Assembly: GCA_965235115.1 (NCBI GenBank)
Contig: OZ249436.1
Span: forward strand, 21,144,001 to 21,208,000
Direction: 5' to 3'
Source: Laetmonice hystrix
Lineage: Eukaryota
Length of the DNA: 64,000 nucleotides
Shown in pieces: positions 29,104 to 39,900 of the stretch. Under the pieces are notes generated by a model. That model made no database searches. It saw nothing but the letters and a program-made list of their open reading frames with translations, and had not been told where the DNA came from. Made by a program: the position numbers and the translations under genes. How positions within the stretch are numbered: position 1 is the stretch's first letter; the number at the start of each line of letters is the position of its first letter.

Positions 29104-29295
29104 CTGCTACCGGAGATAATTTACGTATGACACACCACCGCGCTTTCCACTGAAAATACAGAAAAAAAACACAATGAGTACAAACAGTACTCCGCTTTCG
29201 ATCCGTACCGATTAATCCGACCTAAAAGCGGTCTGTACCTTCTTTCCATCGCGATGTTTCAGGGACCCCTCTAGCACTATGTTCATGTCAGCCAT
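29104..29295 (-). CDS. DOK7: Dok-7-like adaptor (PH-PTB), first two coding exons only; gene continues beyond the left edge
   Basis: Exon 1 29295-29239 MADMNIVLEGSLKHRDGKK|gtacag; 89-nt intron; exon 2 29149-29104 WKARWCVIRKLSPVA G|gtgagt (46 nt). Closely parallels the DOK7 N-terminus VEGQVKLRDGKK|WKSRWLVLRKPSPVA, including both intron positions. I did not find a convincing exon 3 in 1-29103. Confidence 0.88.
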
Positions 29296-29434
29296 GTTTG
29301 GTCCCTTGTTTGAATCTCTCGCAGTGAATGGCCCGGCGCCATCTCATTGGTTGATAATTCGTCGGGGGGCCTGGATGAGTCGGTGGCCGCTAGATGGTGC
29401 TAGGAGCAGGTGCACGTCTTTCTTGTCCTGGGGA

Positions 29435-29449
29435 AGCAGCAGCTCGCGT

Positions 29450-29480
<31 letters not shown>

Positions 29481-29548
29481 CTGCCAGCAGCAGTAGCGTC
29501 AGCAGAAGCAGCAGCCGCAGCAGAAGCAGCGGGGGCGGCGGCAGCGGC
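29435..29548. repeat. Interrupted (CAG)n/(CTG)n microsatellite upstream of the DOK7-like start
   Basis: ~10 pure AGC units at 29450-29480 with degenerate flanks. Confidence 0.95.
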
Positions 29549-30284
29549 TCGAATCTGATGCAACGGGCTGAGACATGGGCAAGCACCACGGACCTTGCAG
29601 TTGCACTGTGACTGTCTGTGTGGCATGCACATGGTACTCATCGGGCATCGATGACGATAGACTGCATAGATTATTATTTCTAGATCGAGGATCGATCGGG
29701 TCATGTTTTGGCAGTATTGAAGTTTGTTATGGGACTAGTTAGGCTTAGCCAGCCTTAGTCTTAGACAAGTTAGGGCCTATATAATACGCTAGCTGTGTAG
29801 GATATCCAGGTTAGATTACCTAGTACTAGTAGACAGCTGAATCATGGGAACTTTCTTTTGGCCATGGAAAGTGGGGGGGGGGGGGCAAATGAGTGACGAA
29901 GGCGCGAAGCATAGCTGGGGGGGGGGGGGGGTCAGGGGTGCATGGTCCCCAGGAATATTTTGAAATTTCAGGTTATTTTGGGGACTTATATACTATACTA
30001 TAGTGCATTTTAGAACATAGCTGGGGGGGGGGCGTCTGGGGGCATTGCCACAGGAATATTTTGAAATTTCAGGTTATTTTGGGGACCTACATAGGCTAGT
30101 GCATTTTAGAACACAAAGGTATAGCCTATGGCAGAGACGTTAAGTTTTCCTTAGTAAAAAGTGGGGGCCAAAAGATACCCTGCCCCCCACCCCCACATGC
30201 CCCCCACCCCCACCCCTTTGCTACGCCCCTGTATAATGATACTAGGCTAATATAACAGGAAGGTGACAAGAACTGGGGGGGGGG

Positions 30285-30487
30285 GGGGTAAATCGCCCAT
30301 GATAACTTAAACCCCACGAAATTTGGCGGAAGGTAAAGATCCATGGCCCTGACCTTATCCCTAACCCCTAACCCCAGTCCCTACACCTCCCAAAAACATA
30401 TCCCTATCCCCATCCTTGACCTTAAGGCTTAACCCTAACCCCTGCCCAAACATTTCGTGGAAAGTTATCATGGGGGAAGAACCCCGG
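30285..30487. mobile_element. MITE with internal TAACCC-like repeats (related copy at ~48870-49010)
   Basis: IR CCCATGATAACTT / AAGTTATCATGGG enclosing ccctaacccctaacccc; a similar core lies upstream of MELK. Confidence 0.6.
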
Positions 30488-31298
30488 GGGGGCACACAGT
30501 AGGCCTATCTCGGGCGCGGATCCAGCACTGACGGCTATAAGTGCACTAAGGGAGGGGGGGGGGGCGCTAGAAGATATAGACGTCTATAACTTAGGTACCG
30601 GTACGCCACCGGAATGTAGGTACCGTGCCCATGGCGCCCTCGAGCGCGGAAGGCGCGATACGAACACGCGTGTGGGGTTGGGGGGGGGGGGTGCATTAGG
30701 CCTATTGTTTTCCTTCCACAACCCAAATCCAGCCTAGGACCAAGTTTATAGGTATACGAAAATCATTGGGGAACTTTGATAGACAATTCGTCATTTATCA
30801 GCCAGTTGGCGCCAGGCATACCTGGTCCTGGCTGATTTGAAATATCCCAGAAGCAGTTTGTTACTCGTCCGCCAGGTTGCGTCAGCAATACCCGGGTATG
30901 AATGGCGATCAGCCATTATTGAAGTTTCCCATTGGAACAAACGGGGAAGACGAAATCAATGTTAGATAGGCCTAATCAATTTTATTCATCATTTGACAAG
31001 TTTGACATGGTTGGTGCAGAAAAATTTGTCCAGTCCTATCATGGGGCGGATCCGGGAGTTTGGTGGGGGGGGGGGGATAGGGGGTAAATAGGGGAAGAAT
31101 TTACTTTAGGGGGTACAGCATGGACAATTCAGAAATGTCTATACGGGAAATAGAGAAATCGGTGCCAAAAGGGGGTTAACCCCCCCCCCCTGATTCCCCA
31201 TCCGCCACTGCAAGCATGCCTAGGTAGGGGTATACATTATAGGTAAAATTCGACACGCCGACACGGCCGTAAAATGAAGGGCGACATCTTCTTCTTAA

Positions 31299-31828
31299 AG
31301 GGGCATGCTATGAAACACGTTTTGGAGGATTTCCGGCAATTATCCAAGATGACCGTGTACTAGGGATCCAAGTAAATAATCCTGCCATAGCATTTTGTCC
31401 TCCGACGTGTTTTCGCTGCGTATGCAGCACAAGTAGATTCTATACGACCAAACCTATAGATTTCTCCCGATAGCACATCTCCCGCCATAATTTGCTATAG
31501 ACAACCTCCCATCAACCCGTGTAATTGCATACTGCGTCACATCCTGCGTGTGCACTCTCTGCATGTGCTTAGTCACGTGCTTCGCTTAGTTGTAAACAAT
31601 TCAGCAGTTGCACTCGATCGTCCGGCATCAGAATGCCACCCAAAAGATATTTTACGAAATCAGCAGAAAAGCGGGCAAGGGAGCTTCATAAACTTCGATT
31701 TCTCACACAAAATGTAACTGATCAGTCTGTCTTTGTTTACCAAGCAATATTAATGAAGGATCTCTTTATGAAAACAGCAAAAGTTCTTTGAAATACCGAT
31801 TTTTCACGTTTCCTCATAATATGCCCCT
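31299..31828. mobile_element. Kolobok-like MITE
   Basis: TTAA|AGGGGCATGCTATGA ... TCATAATATGCCCCT|TTAA. Confidence 0.8.
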
Positions 31829-32227
31829 TTAACGACGGACACAGCTCCCAAATGGCTGATAAAATTCGACGTGAGACATCCAGAATTGCAATAAAAATAG
31901 ACATGAGACACATTGATTTACTTAAACACACGATATCGACAATTATTAAATAGCGACGTGCGACGTAGGCCTACCGTAAAAGAGACATAGGCCTATCTGC
32001 CATATCCATCTATATAGGCCTAACGTTACATCTCTTACACTGTTACAGTCTTGTCTTACACTGGAGCCAGTCTCAGTCTTAGTCTTAGACTGGAGCTTAA
32101 ACAGTGACACAAGACATAATTGAATCGTTTTAAAAAGTGACATGGGACATGGACAAATTTCTTATCATGTGACACTGGGACACGGGCATAAAAAACAGGA
32201 CCCATAGGCCCCTAGGTCTATATACCC

Positions 32228-32410
32228 CAGGGCCGTAGCCTGCGGGGGGCAGGGGGGCAGCTGCCCCCCCCCCTGGGATTTCCAGTTTTTTGTGTTTTTT
32301 TAACCAACACACCGGGCCAGCTCGACCGGCGCAATGACGCGCTATCACTTGGCAGGCCTACTGCCCCCCCCCCCCCCCCCCCCACGCATTTCGGCCAGGC
32401 TACGGCCCTG
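32228..32410. mobile_element. hAT-like MITE
   Basis: TIR CAGGGCCGTAGCCTG / CAGGCTACGGCCCTG; TSD not clear. Confidence 0.7.
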
Positions 32411-33327
32411 TAGGCCTACCCCTCTAGCTCGAGGGGCCTGGGCCGAGGCCACAATGGATCTCATTACCTATAGAAGGTCAGTAGGCCTAATTCTGATTCT
32501 TCGAAATTATGGACCAGGGAGACATGAAGGCCTATAGATGCACCTTTGCTGACTCGGGCGTTTTTAGGCAGGCCTGATATAACCTGTAGGCCTACCTTTG
32601 CCTATTATAATAATAGGCGATAACCGGCCTAATATCCTAGGCCGGGGGTTTGCCATAGGCCCCTTAACCCCTTTATCGTAGACCCCAATCACAGAGTTCT
32701 TTGTGGTCTGAATTAGGACTACTATATCTAGCTATTTGGAGTACCCAACTCGCCCCTCTTGCAATATTTTTGTGATCCTCGCGGAGAGGACTCAGAACGC
32801 CGCGAGAGAAGATGCTGAAGCGCCATCTAGTGCGAACTATCGTCATTTACCGCCTTGGCTCAACAGGGCCGGGTCAAGGAAGTTATGGGGGTTACCACCT
32901 CTCCTGCTTGGGGGCATTTATCTTTCTTTTTATCCAAGATAGTTGTTCTTTTCTTTCTTTTCTTTTTTTACTATGCAAAGTTCCAACCCAAGCCTTCCTC
33001 CCTCGGGGGCTGATTAGGCCTACACGTAGCCTAGTCCGATCAATTATAATACATGTATGCTTTCTTTCAAAATTTGCCAACCCCGTAACCCCCACCCCAC
33101 TGAAACGGCCACTGGCCTACAAGACAAACACCACGTAAATCAATGCTTGGGCCAAGACCAGAGTTTCTACTAATACCTATGAACCTATTATTGACGTTCG
33201 ATGTAATTAGGGCCTACTTATATTCGCAAGACATTATAACCAGTTACTCCGAGTCGAGCAAGGATGAATCCAAGACACGGTTGGTTTGGGTATAGATACG
33301 GGACATACCATGGAGGTTCAAACTCGT

Positions 33328-33377
33328 AATAAATAAACAACAAAACCAGCATGTATTATGAAAATATATCCTTTATT
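33328..33377 (-). terminator. Probable poly(A) signal of the uncharacterised gene (implies a ~3.45-kb 3'UTR)
   Basis: Minus-strand AATAAA at 33377-33372 followed by U/GU-rich gctggttttgttgtttatttatt; marks the change from AT-rich UTR-like DNA to intergenic DNA. Confidence 0.5.
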
Positions 33378-34240
33378 TCTTTTGATTATATATGGTTGGA
33401 CTAGAAATTCCTGCTAGGAATGCGATTTTGACTTTCCTTTCTGAAAATAATACTGATAATCTGAATTGGGAAAAGAACGCGAATCCACTGATGGGGCTCT
33501 CCAAGGATCTAAAGAGAAATTACATCATTAAATTCTTCCACTATTCTTCAATTTCGTTTATGGAATTGAAAACCACAAATGTAATGCCATGATGGGGCAC
33601 AGTTGCCACAGAGACACGAAAACGTATAGCTTAAACTTCATTGATGCGAAATGCTGTTTTTTCCTCGTTCTTTTCACGTCCATGAACGACCTGCAAAAGA
33701 AAGCTGATCACAAGAGAATGGCGAAGAAATCCGATAACGCAAAAGGCGCAACTTTGTGTACATCCACGCTGTGTAGTGGTTAAGAGGTTCCACTGAAAGC
33801 AGCAACCAACTGTTGTTTAAATCAGTGCAGCATCACAATTACTTTTTTAATCCTCCACGTTTTTATCTAATAAGTTTAATCACAACCTGAGGGGGTTGTG
33901 TCATTATCAGCATCATGCATGCTTTTCTGAATTGCACTGATGATCTGCATTTCATTCTTCCTTCTAAAATGTGGCAGTAATTTGGGAACAGTGACTGAAA
34001 AAATCGTACGTAAAAAGTAGTACATGCATGTAAAAAAAAATACAATACTTTCGTAAAGTTTCACCCATGCAATTTTCTCCCTTAAAGATTTTCTTCAGTT
34101 TAGCAACTGATGATTCCCAGTTTACTGGAATAACTTTTTCCTTCAAAAATCTGTGAAACTACATGTATAAAAACATTAAAGTTTTCGACCTGCTTCATAC
34201 CTATGTCTAAATACGCTATGTAAATTAGGGAAGATATTAA

Positions 34241-34486
34241 AGTGACACCAACAATTCCACAGATGCTTACCTTTAAAACCCAGTGACATTTTAAAATTTC
34301 TGGTTCAAGCGATAAACGAAACATGACTTATGTTAGGGCTCCGAGTTATTTTCTGAAGCCAGCCCTGGCTAGGAACTGTGGTAATCTATGTATAGATTCT
34401 TAAAATACATGTGCTCGAACCTGAAAATTTAACATGGCGTCACTGGGGTTCAAAGCTAAGTATTTGGGGGAATTCTTGGTGTCACT
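34241..34486. mobile_element. Kolobok-like MITE with ~75-bp degenerate TIRs
   Basis: TTAA|AGTGACACCAACAATTCC...GGAATTCTTGGTGTCACT|TTAA. Confidence 0.82.
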
Positions 34487-36822
34487 TTAAGAATATTTAG
34501 CAACTAATACGTAAAACTATGGACTAGTTTGGGACATGAGATCCTATCCTATACAAGGAGCTTCCTTTCAAACATATCCCATCTGGAGGATATATCTGTC
34601 CCGAGAAATGGACGATTACGCAAGGACGGAAACTGGTGATACGAGAACATCAACCCTGTGGAAGCGAAGAAAAAAAACTCCCAAGTTATCAGCTACACAA
34701 CGGTCACAAGGCCCCTACTGATGGCTGACAAGTTAATCTACATTTCACAATAATAAACCTTCCCAGTGTACCCAAGGCCCAAATATGGAATATTACTGAG
34801 CATAGTAATGTAACCAAAAGTCCTGGGGCCTTATTCACAAAGCAGACCTGCAAACTATTATTATCCAGCTGTTTAATAAATAGGTCTGCAAGTCTTGCGT
34901 GAACAAAGACCCAGGACTCCTGGCAGCGAATCTCATAAAACGGATACACTATCTTAGTTGCGTTAGGTATATAAAACTTTTTGCATAAATTTTGCTTTTG
35001 TCGTGACATCACAATTGGAACAAAGTGGTTTCAGAAGAATATAAATGCTGCCTGTATACTCCCTTATATACTTTAAATGCTGAGCTTCCCTAGATGCGAA
35101 AATATAATATATGATGCGACTGTGATACTAGTGAACATCTGAAAATGGCAATGCTGTACTGATAACATTGTTCCAGCACTGTAATATCACTGTGAGATAA
35201 CAAGATGGTATGAAAATGATGCGATGACAAAAATGACTACTCTGCAGTAATCAACATGCAAAATAATACCATTCCAGATAAACAATTATGGATACCAATT
35301 CCTTTACTTTCACACACCATGCCTACTCAAAATTTCAAATCAAGCTCAGACCCATTTACAGTTCGAGCGTCTAAGTTAAAGACAAAAATGCCATGGTTAC
35401 ATTGGAAATGCTGCAATCTTACCAGTCCTGAGGTAAGAAACCACAAGACAGGGTTGGAAGACAATTATCAAATCCCCCAGATGAAGCAAACAATAGGGTA
35501 CATGAACATTAGGCTTAATAATGTTTAAAATAGATCCATGTGGGGTAACACCATCGAAAATTTTGTATGCATCCCTAATATCGAATTCGTGGATTTAATT
35601 TAAAATAACTAAACTGTAAAACCTTTGATTAGGATCTTGGAACAACCTTTTTTGAGTAAAAGTAAATTTCCAAAATTTAGTTTTTGTTTAAGAGTTCACA
35701 CCTTTCGAACTCAGCAGTCCCTGTTGTAATCATGCACTCAACAAATAGTTTCCAGTAAAATGTGTGGTGTGGTTCCCCAGTCATGCCAGCTGACTGAACC
35801 ACATTTGTCGCAGCAAGAAAAGCTTTCCACCAACATTGGGCTGCCCCATCATTTCCAATATTTTTAGTATAAATTACCGGTATTCCAAAATGTCCTACAA
35901 CAATGTTTATCATCAGCAGTCTTGGAATATTTTGCAGTCAACTGGACATTTTAACAGGACAATCCTCCATTGGTAAGAAGGCAGATTAAAGATTACACAG
36001 TAAGGTAACTAAATCTCTACATCTTACTGAATATATAACTATACACTTCATAACGAGGAAACAACCTAACTTTTCTCCTTCAAGGCAGTTGACAGACTGA
36101 GCAATAACCATATCGCTTCCTTTTGTTCTATAATGTGGGTGTCGATTCAAAAACATGTTTATTGCAATCTTCTTCCTGTACAAATACACAGACTGTAAAT
36201 CTACATTCACAAAGTATATTCCAAAAACTACAGGCTCAGCATCTATGTGATTCGCCAATACATGTACTTCTATTATGTCAAATAAATGAGTACCTGGAAA
36301 GCGATACTTCAATGCAATCCCGACATCACCATAGACACCATACTGAATAATGTATGCAGCTGTGTATAAACTGACGACATCAGCAGATTTGTAGTCTCTA
36401 TAGGATTCAAATATATTGTCTGCTATTGAGGCATTACAACAATCGTTCTTGACATCCTGGCAGTGAAATTCTTAGTGCTTCGAGCAACCACAAAGTTAAT
36501 CTGAGCAGTTCTGCCACACTCTGCATACTAATGAAATTGGTAAATCAAAGTTTCTAACGATACTTAAGATATATATCAAATGTAAATGAACTAAACAAGT
36601 CTGCAAATAAACGGATGGAAAGTTTTGAAGACGTTTCTCATAAATATGAATCAGTATGACGTTGTCCCACACTTGTCTGTGTTCAGGCCACAGACACGCC
36701 ATGCTCTAGAGAACCGACCTGACATCTGGCGATAGCGTTCCAAACCGACGTGGTGAGGATTAAACATAAGGGGGCGCTAACCATAGGCACCGCTGCTGTC
36801 TATAAGTTGACGAAGCCTGGTA

Positions 36823-36956
36823 TCAGTTTTGGAGACCGTAACGTTGTTTGTAGCGTTGTTTGTCACGCTCCACCTCCTCCTTACGCTTCATAATGGCTGC
36901 ATTCTGTTCCTGAATGCGGCGGATACGAGCATTCAGCTCGTCCTCATCAGCGCCTC
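36823..36956 (-). CDS. Uncharacterised gene last exon, coiled coil (GADEDELNARIRRIQEQNAAIMKRKEEVERDKQRYKQRYGLQN*)
   Basis: gttcttgaag| acceptor, phase 1, TGA at 36825-36823. Not in the ORF track because it is under 60 aa. Confidence 0.87.
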
Positions 36957-39900
36957 CTTCAAGAACATGGAATGTTCAGTTAAAAAAATTATGTGATGCT
37001 GATATTAGCTATGGTGTTAACACACAACTCATGCTAGGTTTAAGTTAAAAAGGTTGTTAGAAAAGTTGTCTCATCTGTTTATTAATATAAATGTATTATC
37101 TCTCAAAGAAACAGTCTTTGAAACAGAAAAAATATACATTATTTATACGGCCTGCAAAACTTTCTATATTACAGTCCCACCGAAGGATTGCATGCACTGC
37201 TATCAAATAAAAGATAAAAACCAAACTGATTTCAAGAAACATGTTAATTACAGATTTCCACATAATAATAGTATTGGAAAAAATGAAACAGGAGCTCCAG
37301 TGCATGTTAGTACATACCCAGTGTTTTTCTCATCTTGCTGCCTTTGGACGGTCCATCTCCTTCACCTTGAATTTCTGAACGTTCCCGCTTCCTTGGGTTG
37401 CTGGAAACCTTCCTGTCCAGATCCTTCTCTGAAGCCCCTGACGAGCCTCTCTCACTCCGACTGACTTCTATGGGTGTCCTAGATGACCACACTCCAAACC
37501 TCCTCTCCAAGCTCTTCCCACTCGTACTTTCCCCTTTCTTCTCTGCCTCACAGTCGCCTGCTGCCGCCTCCCTTGGTTGACTGCGATTCGACCACACATT
37601 ACGCCTCTTCTCGAGACCTTTACTCCTCACCTCACCAAGTCTTTCCTTCACAGTCTCTCTGCCAACTTCAGGCGGAGATTTGGAGCAAACGCCCAGGCGT
37701 TTCTCAATGTTTGATTTGACAGACTTTCCAGGACTTTTATCTAGTGTTTCCCCATCATCATGATCACTGCCATCACCTAGCATTTCTCGGCTTGACCACA
37801 CAGCGAGTCTCTTTGCAGTCCCTCTGTCCTTTTTGTTCAATTTCTCCTGGACGTCTGCAGTAGCATCCTTATGTGGAGACCAAATTCCAAGACGCTTTGT
37901 CACACTCTTTCTTGGCTTCTGCTCCGAATCACTCAGGTGGGGCTCCGGCGAGGTACCAGCTATGACCCTTCGGTGCACTTGGACCTGATCTCGTTTTAAT
38001 CTCTCAGATGAGGAACGTTTGACTGGCATGCCAAGACGTTGATGGACAGAAACTCGGCTCTTCATCTTGCTTTGATCCATCAGTGGGTCTGGGTGACAAA
38101 AGACATTTAAAGTGATACATTATAAAACGAAGAAGGGTTGTGTCAGGTATGACGAAGACTCGTTTTAGAGAAGTTACAGAGGCTCAGAATGTTCACAAGA
38201 TTGCACCAGATTACACCCTTTTTTCCAAAAACCCCTCCTGCACCCTCCTTTTCAAAAAACCCCTCCTGCATCTTCCCTGTGCCGGGATCACATAGCACTA
38301 ACGGGCAGTTACCCCCATGCTGAGATTTTGTTCTAGCTAAAACACTGGTACCATTGTAGCTATTTTAAGAATAATTAATATACCAACCTTCATTGAATGT
38401 GATGTTGATTGTGGGACTGTGACTGCGTTTTTCATCCTCATCCATTTTCCCACTATCTTCTTCACCCTGACTTTCACCCTCCTTTTTGTGTTTCCGCTTC
38501 AACTGGGCAATAACCTCCCGTGCATCTTGACTGTCTGTTGCTGTATTTTTAATGACCACACGAGATGTTAGAGATCCGGGGCCATCTTGATGCCTTGACT
38601 TTGACCTTGTATGTGTGGCTCTGTTCTGCCGCTCCTCACCTGAATGGGATTTAGACTGGGGCAGATGGGAGGACGAACTTTCTGGCCTTCTTCTAGAGGT
38701 AGAAGACACACCTTCCTGCAATTTCACTACACTCGTGATGGACTTCACCCTCTTTTTGGAGGTATTTTCTTCACTATCAGTGTCAGTGCTACTCTGTGGT
38801 TCTTTTCTGTGTATTCTAGAGCTTGAATAATCAGTTTGTTCCCTGGAACTACCACGTGAACTTGCTGCCTCTCTCGAATGGCCACCCACCTCCTGAGACC
38901 GGTGTTGTTCTCCCTTTTCCTTCGAACCGACACGGTCATCTATTGTCTCCCTAGATCTGCTACGTTGTTCTTTTGTTGCTCTAGAACTGCTCTGCTGGTC
39001 TCTTGATGATCTAGACCTGCTAGGTGCTACATTTTCTCTAGTACTGCCATGCTCTTCTACCCTTTCTCTTGTATTGCCTCGTTGGTCTGTCTTCTCTCTC
39101 GAACTGCTCCGATGGCCAACCTGCTGCTTTGACCTGTTTTTCTCTATTTTCTCTTTAGATAAACTATCCCCCTTCTCTTTTGGGTCCAATTGCTCTCTAG
39201 AACTGGCATAGTACTCTGCCCTTTTAGAATTGCTAGAGCGGGCTGTTAGTTCTTTAGGCACAGCCTCAACCGAGTCTGTTTGCCCTTTGCTAGTTTTCAC
39301 TTCCTGATTGTTTTTTGCCTTTCTCATAATATTTTCCTGAGACCTGGAGGATCTGGACTCTTCCTGCACTTGTTTACTTCTAGATAGATTTCCTACTGAT
39401 CTAGCACCACCACGTTCCCTGCTTGTGGGAGGCCCTGGCCCCTGATGATTCCTACCCTCTGGCCCACTGTCCCGTAACCTACCACTATCTCGCGACCTCC
39501 CTTGATTAGGTTGATGCCTTCTCGCATCACCCAACCTTTCATTACGTCTCCAGTCTGATCCTTGACGACGATCACTGTAAGCACCATCTCTTGAACGGTG
39601 GGGATCACGACTATCGGTCCTCTGACCACGTCGAACATCGTGAAGCTGGCGACTGGCCTTATGTCTTTCCTCTCCCTCTTTCAGCACGCGCCTACGACGT
39701 TCTCGTTCTATATCATCTCTTGCTCGCTCCTGACCCACAGAATATTTATCTCTCCGTTGTTCTGAGTCAGACTCAGAGTCACTATTACTAAATGAGAGTG
39801 AACTAGAGCTATCCGATTCACTTTCTGAATCACTACTATTACTTGAAGACGATGAACTGTCACTTGACTGAGATGTCCCATTGACCTTGATTGATTGTAT

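Noticed and set aside
29279..29704. Poly-Ser, poly-Leu and poly-Ala ORFs
   Set aside because: Produced by the CAG microsatellite in different frames; no supporting splice structure.
34107..34135. CTGATGA followed by a short stem, hammerhead-like
   Set aside because: The stem is followed by TAAC rather than GAAA, and stems I and III are not evident.
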